Shown one piece after another: positions 42,550 through 54,776 of a DNA stretch of 64,000 nt. The notes beneath the pieces were generated by a model. The model searched no databases, had not been told where the DNA came from, and saw nothing but the letters and a program-made list of their open reading frames with translations. The translations under genes were made by a program, and so were the position numbers. Each line of letters starts with the position of its first letter. Position 1 is the stretch's first letter. Source of the stretch: Lytechinus pictus (Eukaryota); contig NC_087252.1 of NCBI RefSeq assembly GCF_037042905.1, positions 27,716,001-27,780,000 of the forward strand, read 5' to 3'.

Positions 42550-45500
42550 TTAATAGTTTATACATAATTTTTTTAATGAGCGCGAAGCTCCGGATAATGT
42601 TTGATATTCCAACCAGAAAAATGGGAATTTTAAGCGTATAAGCCCCTGCCCCATTGGCATCCACAGGAGGGTGGGGGGGGGGGGGGGCCTTTCCGCCTGG
42701 AAACTGAAATCAAAAGAAGTGTGGAAAATGGATAAAAGACAAAGATCCTCTGCGCATGTCTTACCAGCTAATGCAGCTCATTCAGAATCTAACTCTTAGA
42801 GCACCTACATTCTACCGTAGGCCTACAAAATGTGTTTACCATGCTTAGAAAACGCTTATTTCCTAAGCTATTTGAAAACAAGTCCCTGCTGCTCAAGAGT
42901 GAACGAGTCGCTTCCTCACAATTAATCGAAAATATTTTAACCTGCTTTTTTTATCGGTTGCTTTGCTCCCTCACATACCCCAACAATTTTTTGTCCTCTA
43001 CATTTCTTCTGCTTGGTCACTTCGCTCCCTCTCACATATTCCCCAAATCTCTTGGCCCTTGCATTTGTCTTCTCTGTAATTTCGCTCTCTCGCATATATT
43101 CAAAAATAATTTTCTGCTGTCGCTTCGCTCCCTTGCACATATCCCAAAAATGTTTTCCCCCCCGTGCATTTTTTTTTCTGCAGACAGCCATGTCCCGTTC
43201 ATACTCTCTCTGTCTCCAATACATTGAAATGATAGGGGGGGGGGGGGGTACTTTGGATATGAGAGTGACTGAACAATTGAAAATCAGTGAAATATTTGGC
43301 TTTTTTTCTTTTGTTTAATTAATATTTTCTGTGTGGGTGAAACTTCCAAAGGATTATACCCGTTTCATTACATAAAACATACAAGTAATTTGAAAAATAC
43401 CAACAGAAAAAAAACCCAGATTCTTCCTGACTGTTGAAATCCTTAAAAAAAAATATGGTAATCTTCGCTTTCTCAGGCATTGATCACAGGCTCCCCCAAC
43501 ACCCGTCTCTCTTTCTCTTTCACCCCCATTCTTAATTCATCTTTTTGTCTCTATCCAACATCTCATTCATAACTGTCGCCTTGTTCTATCCTGTTCTATT
43601 CTTCTGTCAGCTTGCTGTCATTCCTACTTTTCACAAACTTTTTTCTCTTCTGACATTCTAAGTCAGAATGAATATACTGTAAGACATCATTTTTGCAACA
43701 CGTTCAAATTTAATGAATTCACTTTTGTTACATGCCCAGTGATAAACTATTTCATTGAGCTGTTTTAAATAATCAGAATGCACATAGCGTAAATTATTTG
43801 TTGTAAAGTTTTGCAAGTCATATTTGTCCAAACTTAAGAGCAAGTAATGTACACGGCGGGACTTCTGCTGTGTGGTTTTCATCCCCTTCTCCAAGATTTT
43901 AATAGTCCATTATTGCTGTTAACTTCCACTTTACCCCTCTTGGACTTTCTGGTATTGAGTAGGAGTGGTCCTCGAGAAATGAAGGTGCTGAAGACTTTGG
44001 TACAGGTGTCTTTGCAGTATCTGGGAGGTTGTTTGTTGAATCGAAACGTCTTTCTTTCGGGGAATTCCTTGGCTTGGGTGAATTCTGTACGAGATGAATG
44101 AATTAAAAAAAATGGAAACATATAAGAAATATTAAACAAAACAGATAGAAGAATGAAAAGATAACTTTAAATCTTTCAATTAAATATTCAATAATACATG
44201 AAGATTAATATTTATTTACGAATCAAACCTTTTCAAGTGACTTGCAACAAAACAAATGTTTTTTTTTTTTTTAATATTCATGATGATATATTAACTCTAT
44301 CTAGCCCCTTGGGGGGGGGGGGTTAATAAGCACTCCCCATCCACATTTTCCACGATAAGTCCACAATGAGAAACGAGGTACCATGATTTATTTTTTCGTT
44401 CAATTCTCGCAGAGCTTTTGAGACCAAATTCGAGACGCCCAGATATGCAGTTAAGCAACATTTCATGAGTTCATGTTGGACCAAAAATTGCTCCAAAAAA
44501 TTATTTTGTATATATATTCAATCCAATGGAAATTCTATTTTCAGTCATACTTGACAAATGCATCATTATTCTTGCACTAATTGGTTGAAAAATAATCAAA
44601 TCTTTGCTCTTTATAATTGGAATAGTACCACGAAGTGATCCCATTGAAACAAACCTATACAATACATAAGGCCCCAAAACAAAGAAATACGTATGGAATT
44701 ATAAAACCAATAAAATACATAAGAGTAGAAATTTGATTTACCATTTTTTTCAGGAGCACATTTAGAAATCATAGAATTTGGGGAATTATTTAGAGATTTA
44801 CCTTTAAAGCAGAGAATTCTCTTTTTACGCATAAATTAGCATTATTAATTTATTAAAAATAAATTTAAATTCTGTAAAATCAGCGATACACCCTTAGCTC
44901 CATGCTTGCAGATTACATTGATGGTGACGTGTACATTGGTTTTCGTCGCAATCGACGGAGATCTGAAGAGGGGGACCAAAAAGCCAGACCCGGTTATATA
45001 AAACATTTAAACAATCTTCCAAATAAAGATCCCAAAATTAATTATTCTAAATGTTGAATAACATAGAAGTTTAGCGTAGTCTTTCCTCCAGACCCAAATA
45101 TTTCAAATAGCAAATAAAAAGTAATGAATAATAATAAATAAAAAAACAAAGACCCCACGATCTTATTAGTGTTGAACAAAATGTTAACATAGCATAGTCT
45201 TTCCTCCAGACCCAGTTATAAAAAATCATTCAAAAACAAAACAACAACAACAACCTAAAACAGAACCCGCAATCTTATAGCATTGAAATATGGTGTAGTC
45301 TTTGTTCCAGCCCCGGTTATTTCAAAATAGCAAATCATAAAGAACAATATTAACAAAGACCCCACAATCTCATTGATGTTGAATAACTTGAAAATATAGC
45401 GTAGTCTTTCTTCAAGACCCAGTTATTTTAAAATAACAAATCATAAAAAAGATATATAATGATAATAAAACAAAGGCCCCACAATCTTATTGTTGAATAG

Positions 45501-48500
45501 CATGGAAACATAGCGTAGTCTTCCCTCCAGACCCACTTATTTCAAAATTGCAAATCATTTTTTAAAGAATCAACAAGTAACAAAGACCCCCACTATCTTA
45601 TTAATGTTAAATAACATGAAAATATAGCATAGTCTTTCATCCAGACCCAGATATTTCAAATAACAAATGATGAATAAGAATAATAAATAAAAAAAGACCC
45701 ACAATCTTATTTACATGTATGTTGAATAACATGGAAATATAGCGAAGTCTTTCCTCCAGACCCAGTTATAAAAAACCCTTAAAAACACAACAACAACAAC
45801 AAAACAAAGACCCTGCAATCTTATCAACGTTGGATAGCATGGAAACATGGTGTAGTCTTTGTTAAAATAGGAAATAAAAAGGAAACAATAAAAACAAACA
45901 AACAATATTAACAAAGACCCCAACATATCATTGATGTAGAATAATGTTGTTGTTGTTATCTTTGGTTTTAAAGGCGCGTATCATTCAGATATGAATATTT
46001 ACGCCTATGATTAATTTGTCGTTTTTGTGGTATGCGTTATCACAGGGTTTTTATAGTTTGGAAGATGCTGGGGTCTAAGTTTTAAGATTAATGTTTCGCT
46101 TAATTTGTATTTTTAAGAGAACTGGGTGTGGGGTAAAGACAACACTCTAAACCCAAGCATTTTATCTGGGTTTAATTTTGAAGATTGGTCTTAGCTTTGA
46201 TTTTTTGTTTCAATATTTGCTTATCTTTTAAATAACCGGGTCTAGACAAAAGACTAAGCATAATACTCGTGTTATTCCACAGGAATAAGAATATGACAAA
46301 CTCTTACGTTTTTAAGATTGTTTAAATTTTTTTTTAATGACTGGGTCTGGAATAAAGACAACGCTCTAAACATGTGCTTTTTTACATGGTCTTAATTTGG
46401 AGGATTGTTGGTTCCTAGAATCGTTGTTGGGGGTTGGGTTTTATTGCTTTTTTATTTTTGAAATATTTGTGTCTGGAGGAAAGTCTACAATCGATCTTCA
46501 TGTTATTCCAAAGTAATTATATTATTGGATATTCGTTTTAGAATATTTGAAAAACTATTTTATTTCTTTTTCAAATAATAACCAAGTCTGGGGAAAGGAT
46601 GTTTGCTCTGGTTACACTTCGTAATTCCGAAGTTTCTTTATTCCGAAGGTTCCGAATTCCGAATTAATTCCGAAACACGTAAATTGCATATACCTCGATG
46701 CTCGTTATTCCGAAAACGAAAAAGGGTTCGTTAATCCGAACATTTGTGGCGTTATTCCGAAGGTTCGAGAATCCGAAAATAAAATAAGGTTCTTTGTTCC
46801 GAAGGTTCGATCATCCGAAAACGAAATAAGGTTCGTTGTTCCGAAGGTTCGTTAATCCGAAAACGGAATAAGATTCGTTGTTCCGAAGGTTCTATAATCC
46901 GAAAACGAAATAAGGTTCGTTGTTCCGAAGGTTCGTTATTCCGAAAACGAAATAAGGTTCGTTGTTCCGAAGGTTCGTTATTCCGAAAACGAAATAAGGT
47001 TCGTTGTTCCGAAGGTTCGTTAATCCGAAAACTAAATAAGGTTCGTTGTTCCGAAAGTTCGTTTGTCCGAAAACGAAATAAGGTTCTTTATTCCGAAGGT
47101 TCGTTAATCCGAAAAATGAAAACTGGGAAAGCAGAGGAAGGGCAAGTGTGGTGGTGGGGGGGGGGGGGGGGGGTAGAACCCCCGTTGCTTTCCAATTGTT
47201 ATGAGGATGGGAAGGCAAGGGCCGCCGAACGAATTTTCGTTTGGGGGGAAAGCCAAAAATGACACTCGTACGTCAAAATGGGCACTTTGGTGTTATATTC
47301 ACCATGAGATTATCATCTGCGTGAAGTCATTGTGTGTTTTTTAGTAATTGAGTAGAGAAAAAATTTTGAAGTGACTTCTGATTATGGAAAGATTATATTT
47401 GGGCTTTATTTTTCGCGAGAGAATATAATGAGCGAGCGATTTTGAAAAAAAAATTTAAAGCCGAAGTTATAAAAATTATTTTTGGGGTCAATTACTGTTA
47501 AAATGGCATTATTGCGAGGTGTTGTGAGCGTGCATCACAAGCTGAAACTTTAGGGCATTTTTTAATAAGAAATGAAAATAAAAAATTCCGAGCAGGTTTC
47601 TGCTTTCATTAAAAAGATATGCATCTAAACATGGACCCTAGGGTCCATGAGCTAACTAAAGAATTAACACAAGCGCAAAGCAAGAACTTAAATATACTGA
47701 CCAGAAAAGGAACCTCTTAAGGACTGCATTTGGTGACCTATTTAGGATTCATATTTCACCAATCGAAGAATGCGAGTGCGAAGCGCGAGCTGAAAAATTG
47801 GAATATTCCAGCCTGAAAATTTATCTAAAATGTATACTTTGGAAAAAGTATTTATTTTGAAAAAAATGGTAATTTCCCATTTTTTGAAAAATAGCATTTC
47901 CCTGTTATTTCTATTTGGGTGAAGTCCCCCTGCCCCGGCGGATCCAACTTTCGCCAATGGGGGGGGGGGGGGGGCGAATTTTTTCTCACCCATAATTTCC
48001 CCGATCGGCAGCTCAAAGTTGATTTTTGTTTGTTGGTTTCTTTGAAAGGGTAGTCCTAACAGTCAATAATTATATAATATTGACTGGTCTTGAGGGGAAC
48101 ATCAAATATATTGCCAGCAAAAGAATCATATTGGCCCGAGTCTTTAGACGAGGGCAATATGGGTCTTTTAAGGGCAATATATTTGATGTTCCCCGAAAGA
48201 AGGGCAGTCAATATTTTTATTATCATCCAAATCAGATATCTAGAGCAAAAATCATGATAACAGTGATATCTTTTAATAATAGAGTTATGTTGTGTCATTA
48301 TAATATCAATGTCTAGGCTCTGCACTTTACCATTATGACGTACTTGCAAGCGCCCAGATCCAGCGTTGTATATATTATGACGTAGATCGTTGGTGCGCGG
48401 AACATTATGAAGCGTATCACTTCATTCGCATCCTCAAAGGCCCGGATGTGAGACCAGGGAAAATACAAAGGTATATCAGATAGCCAAGACGGATAGCCAA

Positions 48501-48909
48501 GCGCGATTGGTCCATAGCGCGTCATCACTAGATATGATCGATATCAATGTATTTTCCCAGCCGGTCCACCTTCGATGAATATATTGATCAGTCGGTCCAT
48601 GAATATATTTTTCGACGTGTATGGCGTCCTCTTGTGGATTAGATGTTATAAATTACACAGAAATAACATACGTGGGACTAAAGTAGCGATCGTTTGCTAT
48701 CGATCAACACTCTTCGAACGTATCTGACCGCAGAACGTACTCGACGACGACGAGGAGCCTACTACGAGTTAGGTATAGATCTAACTTAAGGCCTTCTTCA
48801 GTTATTTGTGTAGACAGGAATAACCGTCATTTCTGAAATTCTGGGGATTTATTTAACAATTTCTGGATATGAGTGGAGCCAATGTCAATGAATTGACAGT
48901 TAGTTTTGC

Positions 48910-49749
48910 CATGGACCTATTACGAATGGACATTCAACGAATCCCCTCCTTTGGGCCTATGACCGTCACCGCTAATCCTTTTATAAACAGAGTGCTGGCA
49001 GCTGATGCCCATCAAGCCGGTCGTAAAACTCGCTCTGACTGATGGACAGCGGAAATTAATTGTACGCTGCTCCTACCCATTGCAATGTTGTTCGTTCACA
49101 TTATCAAAAGCAACGCACAGCAGCGAACGTTAGCGCTATGAAAATGATAGCAGAAACAAGAAAACAGGCGTGCATAAACGTATTTTTTACGTACATCGCA
49201 AACAACCGCACATGAAATGCATTGACATCACCTTGCAGATCCGTATATCTACGGCAAAAAAGCAGTTGAAATTTGACGGAGAAATGTGTGAAAAACGTTA
49301 AAAATGCATCTTTTTCGGACAGTATTGCTGTCGATGGTAGCGCTTACCTTCGGTCAGAAGTTGATTTCATTTGGGCATAAAATTCCACAGGATTGATGAA
49401 ATTTAACGGGATATTTTTTGATGGTCAGACGACAATCGCACATTATAGACAGCCTAAAATAATGAACTGAAAAACCGGATATGAATTGCGCATTGCATTC
49501 TAGGTAATGTAGGGACTTTCCCTATTGGCAATCGGGGCTAAAACGTGACCGTCTTTGGTCGAAAGAGGGCCAGTGATCGATCGGTGACGATCAATGGCCG
49601 AAAGGAGCTTGTGTAAACAATCGCCCCGGGCGGTCGTCGTAAAAACCGCGTAAAGAGAAAGTTAAGGGTTAGACAGCGATTTTGACAGCTGGAAACAGGT
49701 GGTGGTCATAAAATGCTCTCGTTGAATGTCCATTCGTAATAGGTCCATG
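48910..49749. mobile_element. Non-autonomous P-superfamily element, 7-bp TSD
   Basis: gttttgc|catggacctattacgaatggacattcaacga ... tcgttgaatgtccattcgtaataggtccatg|gttttgc; 31-bp perfect TIR. Confidence 0.85.
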
Positions 49750-51399
49750 GTTTTGCAGATAGAGACTGAAGCTTAGCTTACTTTTAAAACTTTTAGTTTT
49801 GGATTTGGTCTGAAGTTAACGTCAACGATCTCTGATGAGCAATGAGGAATAAGATCAGCTTTTGGACGATAAAATTGGGTAAGTAGATCTAGATTTAGGC
49901 CTAGATCTAAGTTAGGTCTAACTTTTTACCGTTTAGTTATAAATCAAGGCTAGAGTCTAAAAGTTAGATAAATCTAACGTTAAATCTTGCTAACGACAAC
50001 GTAATTTAGTGTAAGCCAAACATTAAGTTAGATTTGGTCCTGGACCTGGTTTGACAACATAAAGATCAGGACCACCACCAACAGAAGTCTGACATAGATC
50101 TAGATCTAACTTAGTCATGTTTATCTCATCCCCAATTAGATCAGAATCTGCACCTGATCATGGCTCAGCATGCATTCTCGATCTGACTTGGGTCCTGGAC
50201 CTGGACTCTAATTAAGATCTAACAAGTTAGGCCTAAACAAACTTGATTTTGATTAGAAAATGGGCATTCAATATGTTATACTAACATTACTTATACCAGT
50301 TCCATCAGTCACTGTGAATATCATACACAACAAATCTACTGCACGCACCGTACGTAGACCTAACTTTAAGTTTAGGTTTAACGTTAGATCTATCTTCATC
50401 ATTCAAGGCTATCTAATATAACAGATTTTGACTGATGGGGTGTGTAAAAAAGCATTCTTTGGACCGCCTAAAGAATTTATATTTTCCCTCGTGATCATAT
50501 TTTCCCTCAGCGCTGCGCGCTTCGGGAAAATATAAATCCGGCGGTCCAAAGAATGTTTATATTACACACCCCTTCAGTCAATATCTGTATAATATTTTGT
50601 GTCGTCTCTGCATGCAAAGTCAATATGCGCATTGAGACCGAGGAAAATACAAACAATATACCTATCCCTTCCTGATAATAATAAAATACAGGGAAATACG
50701 GTTTTGTAAATGACCAGCTCAGATGTCTGATACGGGTGATAATAAGCCTTATTCTTATAAAATAAAGTAAATATGTAATTGTATCATAAGCCTTTTTGAA
50801 TGATGCGAGCGCGAGCTATACATTTTTTTTTATATGATGGGCAATACGTTTGTGATCTTCAAAACAAGATGCTTATGTATCTAAATATCAACTGCGAGCA
50901 AGAAGCGCGAGCAGAAATTTTAAATATAAGCTCTGACCTGATCTAAAAGGGACATGTTAAGGAATTTTTGCAGTTAGCCATGAAGACGTACCATGTTTCA
51001 ACCAGGGGCGGCGGAACGAATTTTCCTTTTTTAGGGGGGGGGGGGGGTGGGGAAAAGCCAAAATAGGTGACTTATATTCAAAACGGGCATTTGGTGCAAA
51101 CGGATATATTTTCACCATAAGATTATCATTTGTGTAAAGAAGTTGGGTGTTTTGCAGTATTTAAGTTGAGCAAATTAAAAAAAAATGATTTATGATTGAT
51201 AAGATATATATTAAGGCTTTTTTCGTAAGCGTAGCGACCGAGCGGTTTGGAAAAAAAAATCAAATCTGAAGCTGTAAAACTCGCTTTTTGGTCAATTATG
51301 GATCTAATTACTGTTAAAAGGGCATTATTGTGAGATGTTGCGAGCGAATCACGAGTTCAAACTTTTGGAAATTTCATGTAGGCCTATTAAGACATAATA

Positions 51400-51712
51400 C
51401 TACTAATGATAATACAATTGGTATTATTTACCAAGGGAAGCCACTTCAGTTCTGAAAACTGTTCTCCCAGCGGGCCCTACTATTATTATTACCCCGGCTT
51501 TAGCTGGGCTGCCTAGGCGCCCAAAGGAAGGCATTTAATGAATTTCTTCATACCGGGTACCTGCGGGTACCCATTCACCTCACCTGGGTTGAGTGAAGCA
51601 CAATGTAGATAAATATTTCTTGCTGAAGGAAATTACGCCATGGATGGGATTTGAACCTATACGACCCTCTGTTTCATAGTCAGAAGACTAATCCACTGGG
51701 CCAAAACGCCCC
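51400..51712 (-). mobile_element. tRNA-derived SINE, second family
   Basis: Reverse strand starts gggcgttttggcccagtggattagtc...ggttcaaatccc (A/B boxes) and has an AT-rich tail. Confidence 0.75.
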
Positions 51713-52787
51713 ACATACATAGTAAACATTCCGAACATTTTTGTAATCATGACAAAGGGATTAACATTGTTAACACTAGGCGTAACATGTATCATCATTC
51801 GTTATTACTATTATTGCATAATATCCTGTTATCTTGTAAGAACAACATCGTTCTTGTTACCAAAATTAATTAATTTCATTTTCGGAAATACGAACCTCAT
51901 TTTGTTTTCGGACTAACGAGCCTTCGGAATTACGAACCTCATTTCATTTTCGGACTAACGAACCTTAGGAATTACAAACCTCATTTCGATTTTGGACTAA
52001 CGAACCTTCGGAATTACGAACCTTATTTCTTTTTCGGATTAACGAACCTCCGGAAATACGAACCTTCGGAATAACGAAGCTTCAGAATTACGAATGTATG
52101 CGGTTTGCTTTACCCATGCATTATTACAATGTTTTGTAGGGGTCTTAGTATTATAAAAAAAAAAAAAACTGGGTGTGGGGTAAAGAAATATTTTTTTACT
52201 GGGTGTAACTTTTGAAGATTGGTCTTAGATTTGAAGTTTTTTAAATTCATTTTAAATAACCGGGTCTGGAGGAAAGAGTACATTTAAAAACTCGTGTTAT
52301 TCCACAAGAATAAGAATATGATAGGGTCTTTAGGTTAGAAGATTTTTTTAATGATTAGGTCTGGAATAAAGACAACGCTCTAAACCTCTTTTAAAACAGG
52401 TTAAATGATTGTTTGGCCTTAGATTTTGATTTTCTAATATCATTACTATTAGCGTTATTTAAAAAAAGAAATAACTGGGTCTGGCTGAAAGACTACGCTA
52501 TATGTCCATTTGGCGCAAATATTCACTACTGAATGATACGCGCCGTATAAGCTAAAACAACAACAACAACGTTATCCAGCATTAATAAGATTATGGGGTC
52601 TTTATACTGTTTTTGTTGTTAATTATAATTTTGGAATAACAGGGTTTGGAGAAAAGACTAAGCTCGATTTTCATTTTCATTCCCCTGGAATATCAATATG
52701 GTATCTTAGTTTGCACTTATATTATAATGTTTGAAATAACCGGGTCTGGAAAAAAGACTTTGGACTTATAATTTTTGAAACAACCTG

Positions 52788-52957
52788 GTGGTTTTCATAA
52801 AGCTGTTCGTAAGATAAGAACGACTTTAAGAACGACTGGTGATCCTTTCTTTTGGTAAATGGTATACACCATAGGCGATGGTTTAGCGCGTAAGAAAGGA
52901 TCACCAGTCGTTCTTAAAGTTGCTCTTAACTTACGAACAGCTTTATGAAACGGCCTC
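52788..52957. mobile_element. Palindromic Harbinger-like MITE (CTG TSD)
   Basis: tttcataaagctgttcgtaag...gatcctttctt / aagaaaggatc...cttacgaacagctttatgaaa. Confidence 0.75.
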
Positions 52958-53397
52958 CTGGTCTGGAAAAAAAAACTTTGCACTTATATTATAATTTTTT
53001 AATCAACCGGGTCTGGAAAAAAGACTTTGCACTTTTGTGCTATATGAACGCATTACTATAGAGTTTTAGTTTTTAGTTTTAAGTAACTGGGTCTGGAGAA
53101 AAGACTATGCTTGATTCTCAATTTACTCTTAGCGCATATATTCACAATACGCGCCGTATAAGTTAAAACAACAACAAAGACATTTATTCCACCAGTTTTA
53201 ATTAACTGGGTCTGGAGAAAAGACTAAGCTCGATTCTCATTTTAATTCCACTGGAATATCATTATCGTATCTTAGTTTGGACTTATATTATACTTTTTGA
53301 AATAACCGGGTCTGGAAAAAAGACTGGACTTATATTATATTTGTTTAAACAACCAGGTCTGGAAAAAAGACTGCACTTTTGTGCTATATGAACGCAT

Positions 53398-54081
53398 CAT
53401 ATCGAATCCTATGGGACACTAACTGCGCGTGCTTTCCGCGCGTGTCTACCACTCTATGGAAATACCATTGGAAATTTCATGTTTTGTTAACAGTTTTGTC
53501 ATTCCTGAAAAAAGTTCCCACTTTTATCCTTAAGTTCAATGATGTAATGCTGATGATATCATATTATTTCCATTAAATAATTGAAATTTTTGCAAAGATG
53601 TTAATTACATTCGCGTTTTGGGGTCAAAAACACCCCTTTCATATTAAAAATAGGATGAAACTCAACGTAAAATCCTACTTTATGTCACCACAAACGATTT
53701 TCCACTCGATCCAATTTCGCTTGATGGTATCTTACAGCTTAGTTTCCATGAGTCATTGTGCAGTTTTCTCTAAGCTTTACGATGATGTAAGAATGATGTT
53801 CATTGATCAAACTTCGCGTTCGCGTTTTAGCTTTAAATAAACATGTGTCAGACCACAAGCCAATGGCAAAAGTTGTCATATTCGGGCCGGGCGCGTACTG
53901 TACCTAATATGCATATCACCATAGACAGCGCAGTGCATGCAGTGCAGCAGGCAGGGGCCACGGCCGCCGTGCCCTAGCGTATAGCCCTAGCGCTAGCCGG
54001 GCTGCGCTTGTGCGACTGTGCGTGCACCGCTGAGCATTGGCGCGCGCAAGGGGTCCAAAAGGCGTAAAAGGACTTGATATG
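53398..54081. mobile_element. Short-TIR insertion without evident TSD
   Basis: catatcgaatcc ... ggacttgatatg inserted in the host repeat gaacgcat|tactata. Confidence 0.55.
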
Positions 54082-54574
54082 TACTATAGGGTTTTAGTTT
54101 TAGTTTTAAGTAACCCCATCTGGAGAAAAGACTACGCTTGATTCTCAATTTACTCTTAGCGCAAATATTCACAATACGTGCCGTATAAGTTACAACAACA
54201 ACGAAGACATTTATTCCACCAGTTTTAATTAACTGGGTCTGGAAAGAAGACTAAGCTCGATTCTCATTTTTATTCCGATGGAATATCATTATCGTATCTT
54301 AATTTGGACTTATATTATAATTTTTGAAATAACCTGGTCTGGAAAAAAAGACTTTGGACTTATATTATAATTTTTGAAACAACCGGGTCGGGAAAAAGAC
54401 TTTGGACTTATATTATAATTTTTGAAACCACCGGGTCTGGAAAAAAGACTTTGGACTTATATTATAATTTTTGAATTAACCGGGTCTGGAAAAAAGACTT
54501 TGCACATTTGTGCTATATGAACACATTACTATAGGATTTTAGTTTAGAACGGATTCGCCAAAATTCCTTTCAAA

Positions 54575-54776
54575 TTTATTACATTTGTGGGTAAAGTCAT
54601 TATTACAATTGTGGGCGATCAAAAATTATTACATTTGTGGGTAAAGTGCATTATTACATTTGTGGGTGAAATTATTACATTTGTGGGTAAAGTGTTAATA
54701 CATTTGTGGGCGTTATTACATTTGTGGGTAAAGTGTTATTACATTTGTGGGCGTTATCACATTTGTGGGTGCAACA
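54575..54776 (+). repeat. Minisatellite (ttattacatttgtgggt) ending in ...gcaaca; possible transposon end
   Basis: About nine degenerate copies; related sequence at ~3960-4050. Confidence 0.75.

Larger units (their letters stand above)
46610..52102. mobile_element. Mutator (MULE)-like element with subrepeat TIRs, 9-bp TSD
   Basis: gtttgctct|ggttacacttcgtaattccgaag ... cttcagaattacgaatgtatgcg|gtttgcttt; arrays of ttccgaaggttcg (46620-47115) and cgaaccttcggaa (51880-52095). Confidence 0.75.
44986..54570. repeat. Foldback array of tandem repeats (core tagtctttcctccagacccagttat) split by nested elements
   Basis: Forward units 44986-45940; reverse units (ataaccgggtctggaaaaagact) at 46120-46600 and 52150-54540. 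Confidence 0.8.

Noticed and set aside
43879..44139. Listed 86-aa minus-strand ORF as the product of this region
   Set aside because: A different frame starting at the AG acceptor (44084) gives the DHSY-containing THAP exon. The listed frame has no recognisable motif.
46620..47115. Regular ~39-bp repeats that superficially resemble a CRISPR array, and the repetitive ORF 46892-47218
   Set aside because: No unique spacers and no cas genes. The array is mirrored at 51880-52095, so these are transposon subterminal repeats.
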